64,000 bases of DNA from an uncultured Alphaproteobacteria bacterium (GTDB taxonomy: Bacteria > Pseudomonadota > Alphaproteobacteria > Rhizobiales > Xanthobacteraceae), in contig CAVTOP010000017.1 in NCBI GenBank assembly GCA_963736275.1, positions 7,551-71,550 on the forward strand. Direction: 5' to 3'. Shown in pieces: positions 1 through 11,000 of the stretch; positions within the stretch are counted from its first letter, which is position 1; each line of letters starts with the position of its first letter. Position numbers and translations under genes: made by a program. Below the pieces are notes generated by a model that saw only the letters and a program-made list of their open reading frames with translations, ran no database searches and was not told the origin of the DNA.

Positions 1-961
1 TCCACGACAGGTCGATGGCGTCACCAACGCCGCTGTTCATGCCGAGTCCGCCGGTCGGGATCACCAGATGCACGGCATCGCCGGCGAGAAAGACGCGGCC
101 CTGCCCATAACCATCGGCGAGCAGCAAATTCTGCCGCCACGGCGCACAAGACAGCATTTCATATTGTACCGGCATCGCGACGACCTGCTCGAACATCCAC
201 GTCATCGCATCGTCGTTATCGACCGTTGCATGCAGCGTGAAATGCTTTGTCGAGTCCTGCACGATCAGGAACGAATTGTACGCATCAGCAACGTGATAAT
301 GCCGGCCCTTCCCGATCGGAATGCGCTCGAACAGATCGTCGCAACGGTAGAGCGCCTGCCGCAATTGCAGCAGGTTGGCGTCACCGCTGAGTTTGATGCC
401 GAGCTGGCGCCGCACCCCGCTGCTGCCGCCATCACAACCGACAAGATAGTGCGCAGTGAGCTCCGATGCCGCATTGCGGGTCTTCACTTTTGCACGCACG
501 CCGGCGGCATCCTGCGCAAAGGCGACAAACTCGCAGCCATAACGCACATCGATAGTCGGCAGCGTTTCGGCGACCGACTTGAGCAGCGGTTCCAGGGTGT
601 ACTGCGAAATAAGCTGGTACGGCTCGAGCGGCATCGCGCCGTCGGTGCAGGTGGCGATCTCGGCCTGCGCCTGCGCCACCGACGGATACGGCAAGTGAAG
701 CAGCGGCGGATCGATCAGCGACGTCACAATAAAGACGTCCATCGGCACGTCGCCCGGGAAGCCGGCATCGCGGACTTTCTGCGCAATGCCAAGCCGCCGG
801 TAGATTTCCATCGTCCGGGCGTTGCACCGTTCCATCTTGGGCAGAAACTGCGGGGCGTCCTTCTGCTCCAGCAGAATGCAGCGCACCCCCCGGCGCCCAA
901 GATCGATCGCGAGGGTCAAACCCACGGGTCCGGCGCCGACGATGATGACGTCTGTATCCAA
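1..961 (-). CDS. FAD-dependent monooxygenase (PheA/TfdB-like), 3' end outside window
   Basis: Manual translation from TTG at 961 reads LDTDVIIVGAGPVGLTLAIDLG...RCNARTMEI...GCDG...LAGDAVHLVIPTGGLGMNSGVGDAIDLSW. These are the group A flavin monooxygenase fingerprints. It is missing from the ORF track because it runs off the edge. Confidence 0.88.
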   Translation of the reverse strand, partial: MDTDVIIVGAGPVGLTLAIDLGRRGVRCILLEQKDAPQFLPKMERCNARTMEIYRRLGIAQKVRDAGFPGDVPMDVFIVTSLIDPPLLHLPYPSVAQAQAEIATCTDGAMPLEPYQLISQYTLEPLLKSVAETLPTIDVRYGCEFVAFAQDAAGVRAKVKTRNAASELTAHYLVGCDGGSSGVRRQLGIKLSGDANLLQLRQALYRCDDLFERIPIGKGRHYHVADAYNSFLIVQDSTKHFTLHATVDNDDAMTWMFEQVVAMPVQYEMLSCAPWRQNLLLADGYGQGRVFLAGDAVHLVIPTGGLGMNSGVGDAIDLSW

Positions 962-975
962 GTTAGGGACCTGAC

Positions 976-1773
976 TTAGTCAATCCTCCCGCCCGAGAAT
1001 CTCCGCCCCGGCACGCCGAGAAAATAGCCGACCGCCTGGCCGCCGTCGGAGCCGACCACACTGCCGGTCGTGTAGCGGGACTCGTCGCATGCCAGAAACA
1101 CCGCTGGCCCCGCGATATCCTCGCCCGAGCCCACGCGACCCATCGGCACGCCTTTGCGACGGCCCTCGTAGATTTCGGGGTCGGCGTACATTGCTTCCGT
1201 GCCCGGCGTGCGGATGTAGCCGGGCGTGATCGCATTGGCGCGAATGCCGTAGGGCGCCCACTCCATCGCCTGCAGCTTCGTGAGCATGATGAGCCCGGCC
1301 TTCACGACGCTGTAGGCGCCGGCCCAGTTGTAGGGGAAGAGCCCGGCAATCGACGCGATGTTAACGATGGCGCCGGACTTCTGCGCGATCATATGCTTCG
1401 CCGCCGCCTGGCTCACCAGGAACGCGCCCTTGAGCCCGATGTTCATCGTCGTGTCCCACGCGGCCTCGGGCAGCGCCTCCAGCTTGCCCGGCACGATCTT
1501 CATCGCGTTGTTGACCACGATGTCGATGCGCCCGCGCTCATTAATAATGGTATCGACGAGCCGGTTGATGTCGGCGGATTTTGCAACGTCCGCGACCACC
1601 GGAAGGCTCTTGCTGCCGAGCGCCGCGGCGTCCTTTGCCGTCCTATCCGCGGTCGCAGGGTCCACGTCATTGATCACCACGTGCGCGCCCTCACGCGCAT
1701 AGGCGAGACCAATGTCGCGGCCGATGCCGCGGCCTGCGCCCGTGACGAGCGCCACCTTGTCCTTCAGTCGCAC
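976..1773 (-). CDS. Short-chain dehydrogenase/reductase (SDR)
   Basis: TGAGRGIG, NNA, YSVVK (YxxxK) and NAITPG motifs. Probable GTG start at 1773. Confidence 0.92.
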   Translation of the reverse strand: MRLKDKVALVTGAGRGIGRDIGLAYAREGAHVVINDVDPATADRTAKDAAALGSKSLPVVADVAKSADINRLVDTIINERGRIDIVVNNAMKIVPGKLEALPEAAWDTTMNIGLKGAFLVSQAAAKHMIAQKSGAIVNIASIAGLFPYNWAGAYSVVKAGLIMLTKLQAMEWAPYGIRANAITPGYIRTPGTEAMYADPEIYEGRRKGVPMGRVGSGEDIAGPAVFLACDESRYTTGSVVGSDGGQAVGYFLGVPGRRFSGGRID

Positions 1774-1942
1774 GGAGTTCCCCCAATACTGAAAATAACA
1801 CGGAAAAATCACGCTAAATCCGCGCCTCGGGGCGCACAAGGCCACTTCCGGTCTCGAAAATGGCGGCTGCGGGTGCCATCTTTGCTATTGAGAATCATTC
1901 CGGCGGCCCAAGCTCTGACAATGGCCGCCTACCCCGGACAAC

Positions 1943-4564
1943 ATGGCCGAACCGAAACGTAATGACCCCGCGCCTTTGAGCCCGCAGCCCGCCGCGGGCG
2001 GCATCGCCGCGCGCGCGCTGGGCGCCCGCGCCGCGCCCTATCTCGCCGACCTCAACCCGGAGCAACGCCAGGCGGTCGAGACGCTCGATGGGCCGGTGCT
2101 GGTGCTCGCCGGCGCCGGAACCGGGAAGACGCGCGTGCTGACCACCCGCATTGCACACCTATTGAATCTGGGCCGCGCGCATCCGAGCCAGATCCTTGCC
2201 GTGACCTTCACCAACAAGGCGGCGCGCGAGATGAAGGAACGCGTTGGCCAGATGGTCGGACAGATCGTGGAAGGCATGCCCTGGCTCGGTACTTTTCACT
2301 CGATCGGCGTGAAGGTTCTGCGCCGGCATGCCGAGCTGGTCGGGCTGAAGAACAACTTCACCATCCTCGACGTCGACGATCAGATCCGCGTGATCAAGCA
2401 GATCCTCGAAGCCGAGAAGCTCGACGAGAAACGCTGGCCGGCGCGCGTGCTCGCCATGCTGATCGACGGCTGGAAGAACCGCGGGCTTACGCCTGAGCAC
2501 GTGCCGTCCGGCGAGTCCGCGAGCTTCGCCAACGGCAAGGGCAAGAAGCTCTACATCGCCTACCAGGAGCGGCTGAAGACGCTCAACGCCGCCGACTTCG
2601 GTGATCTTTTGCTCGAGAACATCCGGCTGTTCCGGCAGAACGCCGATGTGTTGCGCTCATTCCAGGAGCAATTCAAATTCATCCTGGTCGACGAGTATCA
2701 GGACACGAATGTTGCACAGTATTTGTGGTTGAAATTGCTGGCGCAGACGAGCGGGCCGAGCACCGCGCTCACACCGTCATCACCGGGCCGGCGCGAAGCG
2801 CCGAGTCCCGGTGATCCACGTCTTGAGGATTTGCAGGAAGACGTGGTTGGCCACCATGACGGGTCCGAGAACGTGGCCCACCCGGAGATCGCATCTCAAC
2901 GCCTCCCCAAAAACATTTGCTGCGTTGGCGATGACGACCAGTCGATCTACGGCTGGCGCGGGGCGGAGGTCGACAACATCCTGCGCTTCGACCACGACTT
3001 TCCTGGCGCCAAGGTGATCCGTCTCGAGCGGAACTACCGCTCGACCGGCCACATCCTTGCAGCCGCCTCGCAGCTCATCGCGCACAACGAAGGCCGGCTC
3101 GGCAAGACGCTGCGGACGGAAGACGTGCTGGGCGAGAAGGTGCAGGTCACCGGCGCCTGGGACAGCGAGCAAGAAGCCCGCGCCATCGGCGAGGAAATCG
3201 AGCAGCTACAGCGCGAGGCGCGCGAGCGCGGCGAGGACCACCCGCTCGACGAGATTGCCATTTTGGTGCGCGCGTCGTTCCAGATGCGCGAATTCGAAGA
3301 CCGCTTCATCCAGCTCGGACTGCCCTATCGCGTGATCGGCGGGCCTCGTTTCTACGAGCGTGCCGAAATTCGCGACGCCCTCGCCTACCTGCGCGTGATC
3401 GCGCAGCCGGCCGACGATCTCGCCTTCGAGCGTATCGTCAACGTGCCCAAGCGCGGCCTTGGCGACGCGACCGTGCAGATGTTGCACGACTATGCGCGCA
3501 AGAAGCGTGTTCCGCTCGCCGAAGCCGCCAGTGCCCTCTCCGCCACCGACGAGATGAAACCGAAGCCCCGTCAGGCGCTGCGCGACCTGATGACGAGCTT
3601 CGAGAGCTGGCGTCTGCGAAAGGATTCAATGCCGCACACTGAGCTGGCCGAGATCGTGCTCGACGAAAGCGGCTACACCGACATGTGGCAGAAGGACCGC
3701 TCCGCTGATGCCGCCGGCCGCCTGGAAAATCTGAAGGAACTGGTGCGCTCGATGGAGGAGTTCGAGAACCTGCAGGGCTTCCTTGAGCACATCTCCCTGG
3801 TGATGGACCGCGAGGGCAACGAAGCCGAGCAGGCCGTCAATATAATGACGTTGCATTCCGCCAAGGGCCTCGAGTTCGACTGCGTCTTCCTGCCCGGCTG
3901 GGAGGAAGGCCTGTTCCCGCACCAGCGCTCACTCGACGAAAGCGGCCGCGCCGGCCTCGAGGAAGAGCGCCGCCTCGCTCATGTCGGCCTGACGCGCGCG
4001 CGCAAGCTCGCGAAGATCTATTTCGCCACCAACCGCCGCATCCACGGCCTGTGGACCTCGACCGTTCCGTCGCGCTTCCTCGACGAGCTGCCCGAGGCCC
4101 ATGTGGAGGTGAAGGAAGCCGCGGGCGGCGGCTTCGGCATGTCGGGATACGGTGCTTCGCGCTTCGATGAGATGAACGCCTTCGGCTCGGGCTACACAAC
4201 GCCGGGCTGGCAGCGCGCGCAGGCGCGGAAGGGACGCGGCGGCTTCTACGACAACGGTCAGCCGCGCTATGTGCCCGATGGCGTTTTTGATGAAGGCGGC
4301 GACGACGATGTCCGGCAAACCGGGCCTGAAAAAATCCGCCGTGGCAGCGCAAAGCGCGAAAGCGGACGAAAAGCTCTCGTCATCGAAGGCGAGTTGATCG
4401 CCAAGTCCACTGGCACCGTCTCTTCTTTCACGGTCGGCGAGCGCGTCTTCCATCAGAAGTTCGGCAACGGCAACGTGGTGGCCGTCGACGGCAACAAGCT
4501 CACCATCGCCTTCGATAAGGCGGGCGAAAAACGCGTGGTGGATAGCTTCGTTGAAAAGGTCTAG
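1943..4564 (+). CDS. uvrD: UvrD/PcrA ATP-dependent DNA helicase
   Basis: LAGAGTGKT, TFTNKAA, VDEYQD, VGDDDQSIYGWRGA, NYRS, TLHSAKGLEF and EERRLAHVGLTRA motifs, plus a C-terminal Tudor-like tail. Confidence 0.96.
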   Translation: MAEPKRNDPAPLSPQPAAGGIAARALGARAAPYLADLNPEQRQAVETLDGPVLVLAGAGTGKTRVLTTRIAHLLNLGRAHPSQILAVTFTNKAAREMKERVGQMVGQIVEGMPWLGTFHSIGVKVLRRHAELVGLKNNFTILDVDDQIRVIKQILEAEKLDEKRWPARVLAMLIDGWKNRGLTPEHVPSGESASFANGKGKKLYIAYQERLKTLNAADFGDLLLENIRLFRQNADVLRSFQEQFKFILVDEYQDTNVAQYLWLKLLAQTSGPSTALTPSSPGRREAPSPGDPRLEDLQEDVVGHHDGSENVAHPEIASQRLPKNICCVGDDDQSIYGWRGAEVDNILRFDHDFPGAKVIRLERNYRSTGHILAAASQLIAHNEGRLGKTLRTEDVLGEKVQVTGAWDSEQEARAIGEEIEQLQREARERGEDHPLDEIAILVRASFQMREFEDRFIQLGLPYRVIGGPRFYERAEIRDALAYLRVIAQPADDLAFERIVNVPKRGLGDATVQMLHDYARKKRVPLAEAASALSATDEMKPKPRQALRDLMTSFESWRLRKDSMPHTELAEIVLDESGYTDMWQKDRSADAAGRLENLKELVRSMEEFENLQGFLEHISLVMDREGNEAEQAVNIMTLHSAKGLEFDCVFLPGWEEGLFPHQRSLDESGRAGLEEERRLAHVGLTRARKLAKIYFATNRRIHGLWTSTVPSRFLDELPEAHVEVKEAAGGGFGMSGYGASRFDEMNAFGSGYTTPGWQRAQARKGRGGFYDNGQPRYVPDGVFDEGGDDDVRQTGPEKIRRGSAKRESGRKALVIEGELIAKSTGTVSSFTVGERVFHQKFGNGNVVAVDGNKLTIAFDKAGEKRVVDSFVEKV
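2774..2862. repeat. Degenerate type-1 palindromic repeat inserted in-frame in uvrD
   Basis: ccgtcat...catgacgg ends. Stems atcaccggg/cccggtgat and ccacgtctt/aagacgtgg match the intergenic copy at 15820-15907. Confidence 0.75.
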
Positions 4565-4608
4565 GTTTCGTGACGGCTGGCGCGATTGTCGGCCCCTAGG
4601 AGGCGGCG

Positions 4609-4911
4609 ATGAAGGCGTTTCGCGTCGTAACTTTGTCTGTGGCGACCGCGCTCACGGCGCTGGCAATCCAGGCCGCCCAGGCCCAAGACAACAAAAACAT
4701 TCGCGAAGACGATTACGTCCGCAAGGTGCCGCTTGAGGACTTTAAGGTCCCGATCGTTCCGATCATTCCGCCGGGCTCATCGCTCGACCTGCGTCCTGGG
4801 CGGACGCCGGATTCCGCCGACCGTATCTACAATTCCACGCCGTTCTCCAGAGACCCGACGACGCCTTCGATCGGCCTTTCGATCAAGTCGCCGTTCGACG
4901 ACCGAAAATAA
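4609..4911 (+). CDS. Secreted hypothetical protein (Pro-rich)
   Basis: RBS aggaggcggcg before ATG and a signal peptide ending AAQA-QD. Confidence 0.7.
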   Translation: MKAFRVVTLSVATALTALAIQAAQAQDNKNIREDDYVRKVPLEDFKVPIVPIIPPGSSLDLRPGRTPDSADRIYNSTPFSRDPTTPSIGLSIKSPFDDRK

Positions 4912-4928
4912 CGAAGGGCTCTTTTTTA

Positions 4929-5049
4929 CGCTCGTCCCCGCGAAAGCGGGGACCCAGTGCTGGATTCCTGTCGCAAGTCGGCTTTAGCCGACTTGCGCAC
5001 TTAATACGCCGACATTGGATATATCCATGTCGGCGCGCGGGAATGAGCG
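4929..5049. repeat. Type-2 palindromic repeat (cgctcgtccccgcgaaagcggggaccca...gcgggaatgagcg) with nested hairpin module
   Basis: Same ends as 27673-27778. Internal hairpins gcaagtcggctttagccgacttgc and gccgacattggatatatccatgtcggc. Confidence 0.85.
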
Positions 5050-5062
5050 GAGATAAGGCGCG

Positions 5063-6850
5063 TCATGCACGCTTTCGATCTGACGGAGCCTGCGCCGCTG
5101 CATCGACCAGGCCATTCAGCACCGCCGGATCATCGACACTGCGCACGATCATCGGCTCGTCGCGGCCGCGGATGGCGACTTCCGAGCGCGGCAGCGTGTC
5201 GGCGGCAATGCCTGCAGTAGCGCAGACCTCTTCCGAAATGACGGCCCTGCAGTTCATTGATTTGGTCAGGTCCTGCAGGCGCGCCGCGACGTTGACGGGG
5301 TCGCCGAGCGCCGTGAACACGGTGTGTTCCTTGAACCCGATGTCGCCGACAATCACGTCGCCGCCATGGATGCCAATGCCGTACTGGATCGGCTCGCGCA
5401 GGTCGGCCTTCATCTGCCTGTTCATGCTCTCGACATTGGCGGCGACTTTGGCGGCCGCACGCAACGCCTGACGACACGCTGTCTCCGGGTTTGTTTCGAG
5501 GCCGAACAGCGCCAGCGTCCCGTCGCCGACGAACTGATTGGGCTGGCCGCCCGCGTCGAGCGCGGCCTGCGAGACGGCAGCAAGGAAACGGTTGATCAGG
5601 AACACGACGTCGAAGGGCAGCCGCGCTTCCGCGAGCTTGGTCGAGCCGCGCATGTCGACAAACATGCTGACGATGTAATGCTCCTTGCCGATGTTCATGC
5701 GGCGGCCCTTGCGCAGCAAGTCCGCATTCATGGACGACGGCAGGATCGGAATCACGCCGATGTCGGAGTCCGGTCGCAGCTGACAGGCAAGACGAATCGA
5801 GGGATTCGCTGTAACGCCGACACGATCCAGCACGAACGCCTCGCGCCCCGACGGCGGCGGCAGAACGCTGACGTCGCCAAGAACACGAATGCGGCAGGTC
5901 GAACAGCGCGCCCGGCCGCCGCATACGCTGGCATGCGGGATGCTGTAGCGCAGGCAGGCTTCGAGAACGCTCACGCCCTTCGGCACGCGCACTTGCCGGT
6001 CGGGAAACGAAATCGCGATCAGGCCGCCCCGGCGCTCGCGCAAGGAGCGCACGCCGCGCGCAACGAAAACAAGGCCGATCGCCGCGGCATAGCCGAGCGG
6101 GAAATAGACAAGAACGATGCTCTTGATGACCCGCGCCTGCGGTGCGGTCACGCTCTGCAGGTTTTCCTTGCGCCACTCGGCGTCGTCGGCGAGTTGGGCG
6201 ACTTCGCGTCCGCCCTGGTGCGCGCCAACCATCGCGAGCGTCGGCAACAGGATGGCAACGGCGAGAAGATACGGCGCCGCCTGGTCGTAGAACGACTTCA
6301 TCCGCAGCCAGAAATAGAGACCGATGCAGGCGTGCGTCCAGGCGACCGTGAGCGAGATGAACTGGATGGCGATGTTGTAAGGCGCGCTGACCCAATAGGC
6401 GAATAACGGTGTTGCGTAATTGAATGGCGGCGTATCGAACAACGCGGCCGTCAGCCGTTGCGCGCCGAAATGATCGGCGAGCCAGAGCGGAATGCTCAGG
6501 CCGAGCAGAAGTTGGGTGAGCTCGGCACCGGTATAGCGAAAATGCCGGCGCTGATAGAGCGCCCACAGCCCGAGCGAGAAATGGATGACGGCAGCGATAT
6601 AGAGCGTATCGTTGACTACCGGCAGCCGCCAGAAGGCCACGTGGTACTTCAGCCACGCCTCCATCGCGTCGTAGGAAATGACGCCGAGCGCGTGGTTGAA
6701 GAAGTGCGAAAAGATGTAGGCGAACATCACCAGGCCGGTGATCAGACGCACCTGACGCACGCCGATCCCGCGCAGCCATGTCCGGACGTCGGCGCTGCCC
6801 GTTGCGCGCGTCGCCGGAAGATCAACGTACGCAGGGACCTCTGCCGTCAC
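5063..6850 (-). CDS. Membrane class III adenylate/guanylate cyclase with 2Fe-2S ferredoxin domain
   Basis: His-containing TM region, CGGRARCSTC...C (2Fe-2S), and FVDMRGST / GDG / TALGDPVNVAARLQ cyclase motifs. Confidence 0.92.
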   Translation of the reverse strand: MTAEVPAYVDLPATRATGSADVRTWLRGIGVRQVRLITGLVMFAYIFSHFFNHALGVISYDAMEAWLKYHVAFWRLPVVNDTLYIAAVIHFSLGLWALYQRRHFRYTGAELTQLLLGLSIPLWLADHFGAQRLTAALFDTPPFNYATPLFAYWVSAPYNIAIQFISLTVAWTHACIGLYFWLRMKSFYDQAAPYLLAVAILLPTLAMVGAHQGGREVAQLADDAEWRKENLQSVTAPQARVIKSIVLVYFPLGYAAAIGLVFVARGVRSLRERRGGLIAISFPDRQVRVPKGVSVLEACLRYSIPHASVCGGRARCSTCRIRVLGDVSVLPPPSGREAFVLDRVGVTANPSIRLACQLRPDSDIGVIPILPSSMNADLLRKGRRMNIGKEHYIVSMFVDMRGSTKLAEARLPFDVVFLINRFLAAVSQAALDAGGQPNQFVGDGTLALFGLETNPETACRQALRAAAKVAANVESMNRQMKADLREPIQYGIGIHGGDVIVGDIGFKEHTVFTALGDPVNVAARLQDLTKSMNCRAVISEEVCATAGIAADTLPRSEVAIRGRDEPMIVRSVDDPAVLNGLVDAAAQAPSDRKRA

Positions 6851-7338
6851 GATGAATCACCGTCAAATGGCCGGTCGGTTTCGGCACGCTAGCTGCGAGA
6901 CTTCCGGCGATCAACTGGCGCCATACCGTCATTCCATCGCGCAGGCGCTTGCGCGCCGCAATATCCACGCTTTTCCAGCCCAGGCGCCACTGCGGAGCCA
7001 AAGCAATTCCTTGGATCGCCTCTTCTCCGGAATCGGGAAGCAAGCACGCACGTTGTGAACGACACGACGGAAGTAGAAATTATTCCGTGCGGGGACGATC
7101 AAGTCGGCGCCCGGAGAAAATTTGCGAAAACGCGAATCTGTTTTTTCGAATCAGCGGCGCGGCGCGTAACCTAATTGCCCCCGTTGAGCCGCATGTCGGG
7201 CGAAAATCGCGGCAAAGCGGTACCGAACGCCGCATAGCTCCTATACCGATTTACCGTTCGCACATTCCTGCCTTGCTTCTGCCACGTTAGCCCGCCCTAC
7301 CGGTTCCCAATGCAAATCATTGAAGGGGACAATATTCA

Positions 7339-7725
7339 ATGAAGCACGTTGGCATTGCGATTCTCGTGAGCATTCTTTCGTTCAGCACGGCCCATGCAGC
7401 GGGCTGGGGCTCAGTTCATAAGTACGTCAAGAAATCCGGCAATTGTGCGGGACAGGAAATTCTCGCAAGTCACTACTCGTCCGGAAAACGCACCGCCAGC
7501 GGCGAGCGTTTCGATCCGAACGGCAACACTGCGGCTGCGCGCACGTGGCCGATCGGCACGACGCTGACGGTGACCAATCCGAAAAACGGCCGGTCGATCA
7601 CCGTCCGGATTAACGACACCGGGCCTTGGGGCATTGCGTACCGAATGGGCGCCCGTCTCGATCTCGCGCGTGGCGCTGCGCAGCGCCTGGGCATGAGCGC
7701 GTCGCAGTACGTTTGCGTCGCGTGA
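7339..7725 (+). CDS. RlpA-like double-psi beta-barrel (septal ring lytic transglycosylase family) protein
   Basis: Signal peptide, TASGERFDP, VTNPKNGRSITVRINDTGP and LDLARGAA. Confidence 0.86.
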   Translation: MKHVGIAILVSILSFSTAHAAGWGSVHKYVKKSGNCAGQEILASHYSSGKRTASGERFDPNGNTAAARTWPIGTTLTVTNPKNGRSITVRINDTGPWGIAYRMGARLDLARGAAQRLGMSASQYVCVA

Positions 7726-8088
7726 CCGACGGCATCAGCCACAGCACGTCTGACCTGCATTGAAAATCGGCGGCACTTCGGTGCCGCCGGTTTATTTCTG
7801 GGATGCGCGCGGTCGCGTTCGGAGCTCAACCGGGCTGGCTTGCCGCCGTCGCAAGGATATATTCACCTATCGAATTGCTTCGAATTCCATGTGTGAATTC
7901 TTGCGCGATTTCAGCAGACGGCACGCCGGCTCCTAAAATTATCCAATCCTCGGTAGCGTGCATTAACCAATGAATTCTTTGGTGTCACAAATCACGCGAT
8001 GGAACCGCATGGAAAACGGAATGATTAAATTATTTGCATTAGCAACGCCGTATAGCGAGCGACGGGTCTTTCGTAAGCGGGCTTCAAA

Positions 8089-11000
8089 GTGCGGTGGATA
8101 TCCAGACTTGCATCAGCGCAGGACGCGCGCCGGCAAAGCGGGATGCCGACGCCTGCGCTGGATTTCTTCAGTCCGGTGCGGCTGATCCTTGCCTGCGCGG
8201 TCACGCTCGCACTGATCGTTGTCGGCAGCGCAGGTTTGATTGCCTATAACCTGCGCGCGCGGGCCATGTCGGAAAGTGCGCAGGCCCTGTCGAACTCGGC
8301 GCTTATCGTTGCAAAACAGATCGAACAGACGTTCACAGCTGTGCAGGCCGTCGAACGCCGCTTTCACGATGACCTGTCCGGGCTTCCGGTCATCGACAGC
8401 GAAACAATCGAACGCGAATACAAGCGTCACGCAGTGCATCTCAAGCTGCGCGACAAGGCAGGCGGCATGCCCTATGTCGGTTCGCTTGCCATCTTCAACG
8501 CCAAGGGCCAGCTGATCAATTTTTCGCGCCAATGGCCGATTCCCGACGTCAATGTCGCGAACGAAGACTACTTCAGGGCACTCAGGACTAACCGCGGCGT
8601 CACGTCTTTTCTCGGTGAGCCGGTCCGCGACTACGCGACCGGCAGTTGGGTTATCCACCTTGCGTACAAGATTTCCGGTCCGAACGGAGAGTTCCTAGGC
8701 GTCATCTCGACAGCGATCGAGCTGCACTATCTGCAGAACTATTTCCGCGACATCAGCCCGAACCCGAACAGCACCTTCGCACTATTCCGAAACGACGGCA
8801 TGCTGCTGGCGCGCTATCCCGAAGCGGATGGGGAAATCGGCCGCAAATTTCCGACGGCCCTGTCGCTGAAGCTGGTCGCCAACTCCGACCATGGCGTCGG
8901 CTCGAGCGACGGCTTGTTCGACGGCATCCCGCGAATGGTCGCCGGTCATCGTGTCGAAGGCTACCCTGTCGTCGTCAGCGCCACCCGCGCCACGTCGTCG
9001 ATCCTTGCGCATTGGCGGAGAACGACGCCGTATCTTGCCGGCGCCGCGGCGATCATCCTTGCGGTCATCGCCGCCTTCGCACTGCTGTTCACCCGCCTGT
9101 TCCGCAATTACCAGGCGCTCGAGCAGGTACGCGAAGAACGCAATCGAGCCGAACAATTGCGGGGCCAAAGCCTGCGTTTCGACGTCGCGATCAACAATAT
9201 GTCGCACGGCCTGGTGATGTTCGACGCGATGTCACGGCTGGTCGTCGTCAACACGCGTTTCCTCGAGATCTATGATCTGTCTCCCGATGTGGTCAAACCG
9301 GGATTGTCCCTGCTCGACCTCCTGAAGCACCGCAAGGAGCGCGGCTCGTTCGGAGGCGATCCCGAGGAATATCACGCCAAGATCCTGGCGCAGATCGCCA
9401 AGCGGACGCTTTCCAAGCAGAACGTGCCGACGCCGGCCGGACACATCATCCAGATCGTCAACCAGCCAATGCCCGACGGCGGATGGGTGGCGACGCATGA
9501 GGACATTACGGAAAAGATAGAAGCCGAGACTGCGATCAAGAAGCAGAAGGAGCAGCTGGACGCGGCGCTCGCCAACATTTCGCAGGGCGTCAGCATGTTC
9601 GATGCTTCGAAGCGGCTGATCATCTGCAACAAGCAATACGTAGACCTCTATGAATTGACCGAGGACCTGACGAAGCCGGGCACGCCTTTCAAGGCTATCC
9701 TTGAGCACACGATTGCCAGGGGAAACGGGCCAAAGGATTCCACGGCCTATCTCAAGGCCCGTCTCAATGACGTCGCCGGCAGGGTCCCCTACCAGACCAC
9801 CAACAAGCTGCGCGATGGGCGTTACGTCGCCGTCGTCCACAGGCCAATGCTGAATGGCGGCTGGGTGGCAACGCATCAGGACATCACCGAAGACAAGCAC
9901 CGGGAGGAATCCTTCCGCCTGCTGTTCGAGGGCAATCCGGTGCCGATGTGGGTGATCGACCGGGACACGCTGCGCTTTCTTGCGGTCAACGAGGCCGCGG
10001 TCGCGCATTACGGCTTCAGCCGCGAGCAGTTCATGGCCATGTCGGTCGCCGACCTGCGGCCGGCCGACGACCGCGAGCGCTTCAAGGCCTTCATCCACGG
10101 CCTGTCCGACGATCAGTTCGTCGAGAATGTCGGCCAGCATATCAAGGCCGATGGAACGAAGATCGACATTGCGGTGTACTCGCGCGCCCTCAACTATAAC
10201 GGACACAACGCGCGGTTGACCGTCATCCACGACGTCACAAAAACAAAACTGACCGAGGCGGAGCTGCGCCGCACCAAGATCTTCCTCGACGCTGTCATCG
10301 AGCACGTCCCGCTCCCGATCGTTGTCCGTCATGTCGATGGCACGGGCAAGAACGCACAGGGCGGGCGCTTCCTGCTGTTCAATCGGGCCTACGAGGAGCT
10401 GACCGGCGACTCGCGCAGCCGCATGATCGGTCAGACCGCGCACGAGCTGTTTCCACCCGAGCGCGCGGACATCATCGTGAAAACCGATTTCGAGACGTTG
10501 CAGGGCAACGCGATTGTCTCCACGCCCGAGCACTACATCAATACGGCAAGCAATGGCCTGCGGTTGATCAAGGCGAGCAAGATCGCCATCCGCGACGACG
10601 GGGGCGATGCGCGATATCTCCTCACCGTGCTCGAAGATATTACCGAGCGCCGCCGCAGCGAGCAGCACATATCGTATCTCGCCCATAACGACTCGTTGAC
10701 CGGACTGCCGAACCGCACCTCGTTCCTCAAGCACCTATTTGACACCCTCGATGGCGCGTCGAAAAACGGCACCCGCTTCGCCATCATGTGCCTCGACCTC
10801 GATCGCTTCAAAGAAGCCAACGACACATATGGCCACCTGGTTGGCGACGCGTTGCTGCGGGAAGCGGCACGGCGCCTGCAGACTGCCGCCGAAGGCGCAT
10901 TCCTTGCCCGCATCGGCGGTGACGAATTCATCGTCGTTCTTTCGGGCGACGAGCCGGAGGCCGCAGCCTCCACCGTCGGCGAGCGCATGATCGAGGCATT

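Noticed and set aside
68-979. 303 aa plus-strand ORF
   Set aside because: It is the antisense shadow of the FAD monooxygenase on the minus strand, which carries all the family motifs.
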